Assembly: GCF_000195855.1 (NCBI RefSeq)
Contig: NC_002677.1
Span: 2,610,001 to 2,642,000, forward strand
Direction of reading: 5' to 3'
Length of the DNA: 32,000 bases
Source: Mycobacterium leprae TN
GTDB lineage: Bacteria; Actinomycetota; Actinomycetes; Mycobacteriales; Mycobacteriaceae
Positions within the stretch are counted from its first letter, which is position 1. Each line of letters begins with the position of its first letter. The position numbers were made by a program, and so were the translations under genes. Below the pieces are notes generated by a model. It made no database searches. It saw nothing but the letters and a program-made list of their open reading frames with translations, and had not been told where the DNA came from. Below are positions 23,264-32,000 of this stretch, in pieces.

Positions 23264-23941
23264 GTGCACAGGCCCAACACTGCCACTGCTGACTTAGCTC
23301 GTTCCCACACGCTAGCACTGGATGCCTACCGCACACTCGCCGACGCAGTGGGACTAGACCCTGCTGGCTGTAGTCCTTACCGCGACGGTGACGGTAGGAC
23401 GCGATTAACTTCGTTGGTAGTCACCGCCCTTAATGGAACGGCTACGCACTCTAATGAACTAATGAACGCGTCCGATGGCTTGCTGGCTGAGGCAGTAAAT
23501 CGTGAGGTCACCGCAACGACACATCACCAGCAAAATTTTGCCAGCGCTGACAAGACCGTTCTCGAGACTGCTCTGAACTTCGGTACCGACTTCACCGACA
23601 CGTCTTTGCGTGGCACCAGTGGTTTGTCCACCAGAAACCGGCTCACCACCAAACACCCCTTGAGTCAGATGCTCAACATCGCCGCCAACTCAAATCACCG
23701 ACAGCTAAGCTGTCTAATCGACTTGCTGCCGGTCGTCAACCGCAGCGGCACACTCACGCCGGCTCGGATCCTAGCGCGATGCTTGCTACCTTCCAGACGT
23801 GGGATGGGGCGTGCATACAAAGATGTATCCCTAATATTGATATTTGGTTGGTTCAAGCAATTGGTTGAAGCCGCTACAGCATTGGTTAGACCTGTCGGTT
23901 ATACAGGCAGTCGGGGCGGCCGAGCCGTTTGCAATGGCTAA
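23264..23941 (+). other. 226-aa uninterrupted ORF in decayed tract; status unclear (probably relic)
   Basis: TADLARSHTLALDAYRTLADAVGLDPAGCSPYRDGDGRTRLTSLVVTALNG... Longest open frame in the 22.3-24.5 kb decayed tract; no family recognised. Confidence 0.25.
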
Positions 23942-24497
23942 CCGATCTCTACTGAGACCCGTAAACAGACTTTGAGTCTCTGCGAGACCTATGCCGATGC
24001 GCATAACACGATTATGTCTCCGCAGGAGATCGCTTACAACCGCACAGGATACAGTTTTTGGCAGTGAACAACGCACTTGGGCAACACACTACGAAGATCT
24101 CAGCATCCAACAGCAATACGGGCAGTCTTACATACAGAACGGTAAATCAATGGAGTTCCTATTTTATCACGTGTTTCAGGCGATCACTAAAATTCACTCC
24201 GTGGCAACAACAACCGATCACCAGCAAAACCGGGTCAGTCCAGCAGACACCATTTTGTACATATTATCGTGATCAACGAGTCGCCGTTATAATATTGGGC
24301 TGATACGATTTTCGATTACCCATGCGTCTCAACCATCAGAAACTTCTACGCATCGATGGACCTACCAGTAAGCGCTGCAAAGCATCACAAGCCCTCCGAT
24401 TGTGCGGTTTAGCAGCGGAATCGAAGTCACGGTGGAATCGATCCAAGCTTCCCATGAGCACTTCTTCAGCTGGCTGCCGACCGAAACACCCATCCTA

Positions 24498-24531
24498 GAT
24501 GGATGACACAAGACGATGGATGACACAAGAC
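24498..24531. repeat. Perfect 17-bp tandem duplication (GATGGATGACACAAGAC)x2
   Basis: Read directly at 24498-24514 and 24515-24531. Confidence 0.9.
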
Positions 24532-24599
24532 GAATCATGATAGGATTCAAAAAGTCTCAACCGCAACTCACTGATGGCTGGTAACGCGCAGCACGGCGT

Positions 24600-25193
24600 G
24601 TCACAACCGATCGATGGGTACCTGTCCGGCTGCGGCGATAGTGGCCATGTGCAGCAGCTCGATGACTCCCGGGCAGACCGATGTGATGACGAGCAGATGG
24701 CCCGGATCGACATCGACCGCCATGCGCACTCAACTCGTGCATACGTTGGCTTCGATAACGACAGCGCCGATTTCTTCTACTACTACGTTCGCGACCTGCC
24801 CTATGACCTCCTCGCGTCGTTTCGGTACCTCGCCCAGGGCAATTGTCGCGCCAGCGACGTGATCGAGCATGATGTCACTTTTTGCATGGGTAAGGCAAGT
24901 TGGTTTGTCGTGCTGTCCCGCGCCGCAGAAGTTCCCGCCCGCATCGCGTTTCAGACGCTGCGCTCCCCGGATAAGAAGTTTCCTTCTCCGGAGATCAGGG
25001 CCCGTTTGGTGAGGTAATGTCCGGCCGCTGACGTGGCACTCGCTGAGCAAAGCTTATCTGGGCAAGAATTGATTGGGTGAAGCTGGACACCACCATTGAC
25101 GCACCAACCGCCGTTCACCTCGGCAAGCCATACCGGCAGGAATTCGACGAAGCCATCGATATTCCGACGGTCGACAGACCCATCGTGCGCTAG
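24600..25193 (+). pseudogene. Transglutaminase-like superfamily protein pseudogene
   Basis: SADFFYYYVRDLPYDLL...NCRASDVIEHDVTFCMGKASWFVVLSRAAEVPARIAFQTLRS, with degraded 'WHSLSKAYL..WVKLDTTIDAP...VHLGKPYRQEFDE...' downstream in another frame; matches the transglutaminase core around the active-site Cys. Confidence 0.7.
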
Positions 25194-25877
25194 AACAACA
25201 GCTACGCTGACTACCCCGCAAAGTGGCGCAGTGGTATGAGTAGAGCCGCTCCCTCGAGCGTAGAGGCGTTAAAGCATAACACGATTAGTAGCTAATATAG
25301 CTGACGATGATTCACTATAAAAAAGAATACTAGCCACTCAAATTGATTGCACGCACCTCCGTGGTGTGAGTGCGCATCACTCAGCGAATTCTCGACAGAT
25401 TCTTCGATGCCCCTACCTCAACACCACAAAAATCAGCCAAAGCACCGACGTCAGCATAATTCCCATGAGTGAACTAGTGGGTAAGTAGCTGTCTGCTGAA
25501 CTGGTCGAGAATGACCTACACCCCCGCGGGCAGCAGTATGTCCGCGCCCAGAGCAATGGCGAATTCTTCTTTGTCGCCAATGCCCATGCCTGGCAGCTGC
25601 ATATGCAGCTTAAGGCCTCCCGCTAATCCAGCAACATATTCGCGACTCGAGTTGTCCCATATGCTTCTGTCCCGCAACTGACAGCGACCGACTAGCGCAT
25701 CTCGCCGATACGTGAAAAACCATAACCGCGAAGTCAATACAATCGTGCACGGAACCCCTGATCCACAGCACATTTGGTGTTGATGCGCGCGGCTCCCAAC
25801 GAATCCGATATCGCATCCGATTCGAGGACTTTGCTTCCTTCCTCGACCACGCCCTGGTGGCCGCTGTCGATCTGCTT

Positions 25878-25920
25878 GCTGTGTTTCCGACGGTTAGCAA
25901 GTTACCGTCGGAAACACAGC
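25878..25920 (-). terminator. Perfect 17-bp inverted repeat with 9-nt loop downstream of purSQ; candidate terminator
   Basis: GCTGTGTTTCCGACGGT-TAGCAAGTT-ACCGTCGGAAACACAGC, 85 nt past the purQ stop; no U-tract. Confidence 0.5.
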
Positions 25921-26004
25921 CGCCGCTCCGCTACGCCAGTTTATTGTACCCCGGTTTCAGCGTTCTCCATTGTCGAATTACGCAATGCTGCTGATTTGTT
26001 CTAC

Positions 26005-26679
26005 TCAGGAAGCCAGCACGGAATCTAGAGCTGAATAGAATAGCCCGAGGCCGTCGTCGGAGGGGCCGGTCAACACTTCGATGGCATGCTCGGGATGCGG
26101 CATCATCCCGACGACCCTGCCATTAGCTGAGCTAATGCCCGCGATATCGCGCAGTGAGCCGTTGATGTTGTCGTGATAGCGGAACACCACCCGGCCCTCA
26201 CCATCTAACTCATCGAGCACGTTCTCGGATGCCACGTAACGTCCTTCGCCGGACTTCAACGATACCAACAGATCAGTCTCGGGCTCGAAACGCGATGTCC
26301 ACGCCGTCGAGGTCGATATCACCCGCAACCACACGTCGCGACAGATGAAATGCAACCCCACGTTGCGTATCAGGGCTCCCGGCAGCAGGCCCGCCTCACA
26401 GAGCACCTGAAAACCGTTGCAGATTCCCAATACCGGCATGCCGCGCTGCACGGCATCGACAACCTCAGTCATTATCGGGGATAATCTAGCGATCGCACCG
26501 GCCCGCAGGTAGTCACCATAGGAAAACCCGCCGGGTACCACCACAGCGTCGACACCCTTGAGGTCGGCGTCAGCATGCCACAGGCTGACCGCCTCGGCTC
26601 CGACATGGCGCGCCGCGCGTGCGGCATCCACGTCGTCAAGTGTCCCCGGAAAGGTGATAACACCGATCCGCGCGTTCAC
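26005..26679 (-). CDS. purQ: Phosphoribosylformylglycinamidine synthase subunit PurQ
   Basis: [81 protein letters not shown]. Start set to GTG 26679 (ORF is open to 26703). Confidence 0.95.
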   Translation of the reverse strand: MNARIGVITFPGTLDDVDAARAARHVGAEAVSLWHADADLKGVDAVVVPGGFSYGDYLRAGAIARLSPIMTEVVDAVQRGMPVLGICNGFQVLCEAGLLPGALIRNVGLHFICRDVWLRVISTSTAWTSRFEPETDLLVSLKSGEGRYVASENVLDELDGEGRVVFRYHDNINGSLRDIAGISSANGRVVGMMPHPEHAIEVLTGPSDDGLGLFYSALDSVLAS

Positions 26680-26915
26680 TGCGACTCCCGAGTTATCGTC
26701 CAATCCTCGATCACGGTGTTCGCCAACAGTGACTCCGCGATCATGGCAAGCTCGGAGTCATCAACTGTATCATCAATTTCTAGCTCAAACCTCTTGCCCT
26801 GACGGACATCTGATATTCCGGTATGACCAAGCCGTCCCAGTGCACCGGCAATCGCCTGACCCTGCGGGTCGAGAATTTCCGCTCTAAGCATTACATGCAC
26901 GACCGCGCGGGCCAC
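26676..26915 (-). CDS. purS: Phosphoribosylformylglycinamidine synthase subunit PurS
   Basis: 79 aa [48 protein letters not shown]; 4-nt GTGA overlap with purQ. Confidence 0.93.
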   Translation of the reverse strand: MARAVVHVMLRAEILDPQGQAIAGALGRLGHTGISDVRQGKRFELEIDDTVDDSELAMIAESLLANTVIEDWTITRESQ

Positions 26916-27075
26916 GGGCGCTCCTCCTCAGATCGCACCAATCGACGCTAACTCTACCGACGAACCGTCCGGCCCTGACTGCGCGGGTAGCACCAGGGCA
27001 CCTGCCGCTATGCCACCAGTAATCAGGCTCACAACCAAGATCACCCGTATCGCCCCAACGTACACAATCGTTGAC

Positions 27076-27719
27076 ATGCAACCGAAGCATTTCAGACATT
27101 CCTGCCTAATTGCCTAGTTCGACCACACAGCCATACTCCAATTTAATAATTTATTTTCGATACATAATAGCACGTTTAGAGGGAATCACCGGACTGTCCG
27201 TGATCCTGATTACCCATCAATATCCCGACCACATTGATGTCACGCGGTTGCCGTCGCTGCTCGAGACCAACCCGGACGCGCTACTGTACGCAGACCAGAG
27301 GGCAACCGGGTGCACCGTGCCAGACTGTGCACGTCGGCGACGAGTTGTCGATCGGAGAATTGGCCTTTCGGGCCATCGGTGGACAGCACGCTGTGATCCA
27401 TCCAGACACCCTTGTAATATGAAGACATATTAATATCTGATCGGCAACGACAACCCTCCTGCCAGGTTGATACATCCCTATGACGCACTGTTCGTTACCG
27501 ACGAGCTGGTGGGTGTATTGACCAATCCGACCGGTGGTCACGTGGATGAAGATTTCCGAAGCGATTGACTATCGGCGGCCGGATAGCATCGGCATACGCA
27601 ACTCCCATCCACCAGGGGTAATCACTCCTGATGCGAAGGGCATCTACTACAGCCGGTTCACCTAGATGACCAGCACCGACTTTCCGGTGTTGCCCGAAGA
27701 ACACACAGTTACCTTCTAA
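27076..27719 (+). pseudogene. MBL-fold metallohydrolase pseudogene
   Basis: KHFRHSCLIA, GLSVILITHQYPDHIDVTRLPSLLETNPDALLYA, VHVGDELSIGELAFRAIGGQHAVIHP, YDALFVTDE, AIDYRRPDSIGI; frames interrupted. HxHxDH is degraded to HQYPDH. Confidence 0.8.
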
Positions 27720-27739
27720 CCGTGGCTAAAGTAACGTAA

Positions 27740-29255
27740 TAGGCTGCCCCGCAGTCAAAGGCCCGACCGAAGAAGATGCATTTCACCCAGGAGCGTTCCC
27801 TCCAAGGACTGGGTGAAATGCACGACGCCTGGCTGAACCCAGCCCTATCTCGCCTGGCCGCGTACAACCCGCTAAGCAGCGGTGCCATCGGCCGTCATTG
27901 CCATTGCTTTGAAGTCAGTATCAATGCCATCCAATGTCTTTCGAGCGAGGATGTGCAACTTGAACGCAATCATCGATCCTGCCTTTGGATCAACTAAACC
28001 TGTGCGGCGCTGTCACCCGGGTTCACCGGTCGTCTAGATAGCAGCGGGCAAAGCGAATCACGCGTAACATAACCATCTTTGTTGAACTTGCTCGCTACCT
28101 CACGGTCGCACGCGATCAACTTAAGGCTTTCACTGATCCGGGCAGGCCGTATCAGGATAGCAGCAACTCCGCTACATTTTTCCTGGTCAAACCAGGCTTC
28201 TGCTCCTAACAGGATAACACAAATTCCTTCTCAAGGACCTTGGCGTGCCATATGAAAAATGGTTAGGTGTAGCAAGATTGTATGACGTATTTCAAGGTGC
28301 CGAAAGTATCGAACGGGGATGCAACGGGACCGGCAACCGCTTGCTAGCTGTATCCAGTCACAACAGCTACGGGCCCGTACGGACCCGGATGCCGTGGCGC
28401 GGCCAGATCGAATCGTAGTTGGTGATGCTCTCGGTGTAATGCCACATTCGGTCCGGGTTAATCACCTGGGCACCAGCCTTCTGAGAAATACCGATCATCC
28501 TGCCGGCAACATGAGCCGTTGCCCTGCGTAGTATCTGCTCGGTGACACGCCCATCCGCTCAGGCCTTTGACGCACCAGCTCGTTGTTGCTATCGATGCCA
28601 CCACTGGTCACGATCACGACTGAAGAACAAATTCGATTTATTCCAAGGGTTTTTGTTATCGTGTAGCATCGCACTGCTGGGCCAAAGGCTCGAGAAACGA
28701 GCTCCGAACTCCAGTTACCTTGCCACCCTAGACGATTTGATCGTCGATCTGGTGATGGTGAGTTGCGCGCACCGTCGAACGGTCACACAGCTGACGCGCG
28801 AAAATCTCGACCAAAGCGGGCACGGTACCCCACGTCATATGGAAGCGTAGCACCGAGTTACCGTGCTCCTGTCCTTCATAGCAGCTGCGCTCAGCCTAAC
28901 CTACCATCGGAATAATTTTCAGGCCCCGAGGCCGAGGCCAACTGCGCTTTTCTCCGTCCGTGAAATCGACATAGGCATGTGCCCATTGCCAATAATCCTC
29001 GAGTCGATCAAAGGCCGCCGTCTCCAGCTAATCTTGGAGCTCAAGTTGTGGCTGTCGCGGATACACTGGTAGCGTTGCTCCGGGCTGTTGACGCAGAACG
29101 GGATGCCAAATGACCAGAATGCCTTATCCGCCTAGATTTGCACTGGTCTCCTGGTCCAGGACGAGCACCCATAGCCCGCTGTCCACCAGTTCGCAGACAG
29201 CTACTAGGCCAGTGAGTCCAGCGCCGACAACAATGGCTTCACCTAAGAATCATGC
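27740..29255 (-). pseudogene. FAD-binding dehydrogenase (Rv0785-type) pseudogene
   Basis: Minus-strand relics in order: EAIVVGAGLTGLVAVCEL, RQLCDRSTVRATHHHQIDDQI, AHVAGRMIGISQKAGAQVINPDRMWHYTESITNYDSIWPRHGIRV, GVVHFTQSLEGTLLG. Confidence 0.85.
27777..27822. repeat. 14-bp perfect inverted repeat with 18-nt loop
   Basis: TGCATTTCACCCAG ... CTGGGTGAAATGCA. Confidence 0.9.
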
Positions 29256-29329
29256 CGATTTAGCGGAAGAATCGCTCGCCAGTACAGGGTTAGTGACCTC
29301 TCCAATCAGACGGCATCGAGCACGACCTT

Positions 29330-30145
29330 ATCGGACCGCCATTTGTATACCGTTGCCGTGCAACCGTTCATTGAAACCAAAAGACAGCGTCCAGCATCGC
29401 TTGTAGCGGCCCAGGCTTGCGCAGTTGACGATCAGCAACGACGACGCGCACGACCCCGTCGCGGCACGCGGTACACTCGGTGGACAGTACAACCATACGA
29501 CACCACCACGGCTCCGCCAAGAAGCCTTCTCCGATACCCAACACGCGGGCACAGACGGTTTTGTTCCGCGCCAAATCGGTGACTCGTTAAAATCAGTCAA
29601 CAACCAAAATGATTCCGCTACAACAACTTGCCTATAACTGGCGACACCACCCAGCCCAGTACCGCGAATAGCCGGGTACGGAGCCCAAAGTATTCGAGTA
29701 CCCGATCGTCGGCTACCAGCTGCAGGTGATCCTAGTGTGCACGCAGTATTGCAAACTCGCCACGCCGCTTCTTGGTTACCGCACCGTCGTAACCGTGCAG
29801 CACGAATAGCGTCGCAGCCGGATCGCCGAGCAATCAACCACTCGACGGTGTACGGATCGCGGTCGAGCCAGTAGTAACCCCTGAATCGGGGAGCAACCAG
29901 CACCAACAACGGGCATCCATCTGCGTGCAGAACGCATCGAAGTTGGCCAGGGTGTGTTCCCCGAGACCGACACGGTCAATTTTCCAGACACACTTGTAGT
30001 GTGCCGATCCGCCATGTCGGGACGATGAACTACACGCGGACAGCAAGCTTATATCCAACCCTGTTGCAGCGCAGGGTGTCGGCTTGGCGCAAGAAAGTTG
30101 AGCCGAGCATGAATTTCGGTCCATCGACTAACCAAATTCATGTAC
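29330..30145 (-). pseudogene. Unidentified decayed gene, possibly the Rv0784 syntenolog
   Basis: Frame-shifted minus-strand coding-like stretches (FRGYYWLDRDPYTVEWLIA and others) between the Rv0785-like and Rv0783c-like relics. The assignment is by synteny only. Confidence 0.3.
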
Positions 30146-30189
30146 AGCCAGCAAAATTCTACCAAACGTAAGTGCTGGCAACCGGTACC

Positions 30190-31785
30190 AAATAATGTTC
30201 AGCAACGCCATAGATAAGGCACATATTCCGCATCGTCCGACGCTTCGCAATCCGCCACCCCGCAAGCAGCTGAGGCCAGCAGCGGTCACTAGCCCGACAG
30301 TCTGGATGCCAGGCTCTTCCAGATCGCCGGTGTCTGTGTGCTTGCCTCGGTCATGGCGGTGCTGGATGTCACTCCTCAACATCGCGCAACGCGCTTTTAT
30401 CGTCCAGTGCGCGTCTAACCAAGCCATCGTCGCGTAGACCATGACCGGCTACACCCTGGCACTGGCAACCGTGATGCCAATCACCGAGTGGGAAGCTAAT
30501 CGATTCAGCACCAAACGACTTTTCATGGGTTCACTTGCAGCGTTAAAGCTGCGCTCGCTGCTGTATGAGGTGAAGCCAAAAAATACTCTTTATCATAAGA
30601 TTTCGCGCTTATCAGGGTATTGGCGATAGCATGCTGTTGCCGCTGGTACTTATTATGATGAACCGCGAAGCAGGATCAGCGCAGCTGGGCTACTTAATAA
30701 CGGTACTGGGCGTACCTATGTTGCTGGGCCCAATCGGTGAGCCGATCCTGGGTGGTTAGTTAATAGACGCCTACGGCTAGAAGTGCATCCTCCTGATCAA
30801 CATGCCAGTCGGGCTGTGTGCGTTCGCTCTCGCGACACTAGTGTTCGGAAAAGATTGTCCAGTTCCATCGGAGACACTCGACTGCGTCGGCTTGCTGCTG
30901 TCTCCCGACGTGGCGACATTCTTGTACGGGGTGTCGTCCATCCCGGGCCGCGGCACTGTGGCCGATCGCCATTTGCTGATATCGGTGGTCACCGACCTGG
31001 TGCTAATCATCGCTTTCGTCTTGCTCACCTAGTGCCGCGCCAATCACCCACTGATCGACCTGCGATTGTTCAGCAACCAGGTAGTCACCCGAGCCAATGT
31101 CACGATTCTTGTATTCGCTGTAGCATTTTCGACACAGGCCCGCTTCCTCCGCACTACTTCCAGCAAGCACTGCACCAAACGCCGATGGAATCGGGTGTGT
31201 ACATAATTCACCCAGAAATTTGGCGATGCTGACGATGCCATTTTCCGGACACTCAATGGATAAGCGGGTCCGGGCAAGAGCGTGTTGTTGGGCACAGTCT
31301 GATATGTTTTTTTGGACACGTTCGGTGTCGCCAAGCAGGCCGACGACCTCACGACACTGCTGGCCAGGCTGACAATCATGGGCCTGAGTTGTAGGCTGCA
31401 CAATAATACCGCTTGCGGATCGTCTGTGTAAGGCGTTGACCCCGCATCAGCTCGCCCGCGGAATGACGCTGAACAGCGTCAACTAGCAAGTGGGCTGCTC
31501 GATGGGAACCAGGCTCATGTCGGTAATGATGACCAGCAAATTAAATTAAAGCAAAATATCACCGCCGCAAGCAAGCTGCGTTCTCGCAGAATACAATACC
31601 GCCCAAAGCTGGATACCAATTGACCCGTAAGCAATTCCGATCCAAACCCTCACCCCAGACTTCGTTGGCAGTGTGCTGGAAAGTTTTTCCATATTCCTAT
31701 CCCACTGTGTTCGCCCTGGCGGTCGTCTCAGTGGCGACGACCATCATTCCGGCGGTCTTTCTACTGAAGAAGCCACCGGGCTAAA
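30190..31785 (+). pseudogene. EmrB/QacA-type MFS drug transporter (Rv0783c-type) pseudogene
   Basis: FQIAGVCVLASVMAVLDVT, SNQAIVA*TMTGYTLALATVMPITEWEANRFSTKRLFMGSL, YQGIGDSMLLPLVLIMMNREAG, VLGVPMLLGPIGEPILGG*, LLINMPVGLCAFALATLVFGKDCPVPSETLDCVGLLL, YGVSSIPGRGTVADRH, PTVFALAVVSVATTIIPAVFLLKKPPG*. Confidence 0.88.
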
Positions 31786-32000
31786 CGGTAACGCTTACCG
31801 ATGAATCCAGCTTATCCATAGATAACATCATCACGATCAGCGTGACGACGTCCATCGGATCCACCGACCGCACTTGAATATTGATCGCGTCATTGAGCCA
31901 CAACATCTAAAAACCATGTACCAGTGACCAAGCCGCCAACTTAGCGCAAACCGGATCAGTGTGTGCATTTCGGTCCCGCAACGTCGCTACGCCACGAACC

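Noticed and set aside
22300-25700. Hidden defence or mobile element cargo in the decayed block
   Set aside because: I looked for transposase, integrase, restriction and toxin-antitoxin motifs and long terminal inverted repeats by eye and found nothing convincing; the recognisable content is a transglutaminase-like relic.
25516-25900. Minus-strand ORFs with QLPGMGIGDKEEFAIALGADILLPAGV as a real gene
   Set aside because: Coding-like but short, no confident family, and the tract overlaps the 17-bp hairpin; left unassigned.
29328-29909. 193-aa minus-strand ORF treated as an intact gene
   Set aside because: Amino-acid sequence appears frame-shifted, rich in Arg/Cys/Ser with no motif; more consistent with a decayed gene.

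Overview
The window looks like a stretch of Mycobacterium leprae chromosome: reductively decayed, with intact mycobacterial genes separated by dead genes. All identifications come from reading the translations and from recalled family knowledge; no database search was run, and M. tuberculosis Rv names are synteny-based. Intact or likely intact genes: lmeA-like (DUF2993), thioredoxin-like (thiX), DUF4395, rhodanese cysA, sseC-like, an Rv0813c-like FABP/nitrobindin-type protein, a YgfZ-type folate-binding protein, DUF3073, purM, purF, an SCP-fold protein, a Stealth-family phosphotransferase (cpsY), cyclic-nucleotide phosphodiesterase (cpdA/Rv0805-like), purL, an M18 aminopeptidase, purQ and purS. 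Pseudogenes recognised from conserved motifs: aminodeoxychorismate lyase (pabC/Rv0812-like), MceA-like, GNAT (Rv0802c-like), DyP peroxidase (Rv0799c-like), transglutaminase-like, MBL-fold hydrolase, FAD-binding dehydrogenase (Rv0785-like) and an EmrB/QacA MFS transporter (Rv0783c-like). The most interesting signals are: (1) an unannotated cysteine-rich, apparently leaderless small ORF (1361-1444, ends ...GCSCSC*) with a well-spaced -10 element, upstream of the DUF4395-cysA-sseC operon, which fits a cysteine-responsive attenuator; (2) three copies of an interspersed repeat that each end exactly at a gene start codon; (3) a 17-bp perfect inverted repeat downstream of purQ and a 14-bp one inside a pseudogene; (4) a DyP peroxidase relic with no detectable encapsulin neighbour; (5) an mceA relic between Rv0807- and cpsY-type genes. 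I found no convincing new defence system, CRISPR array, tRNA or rRNA.
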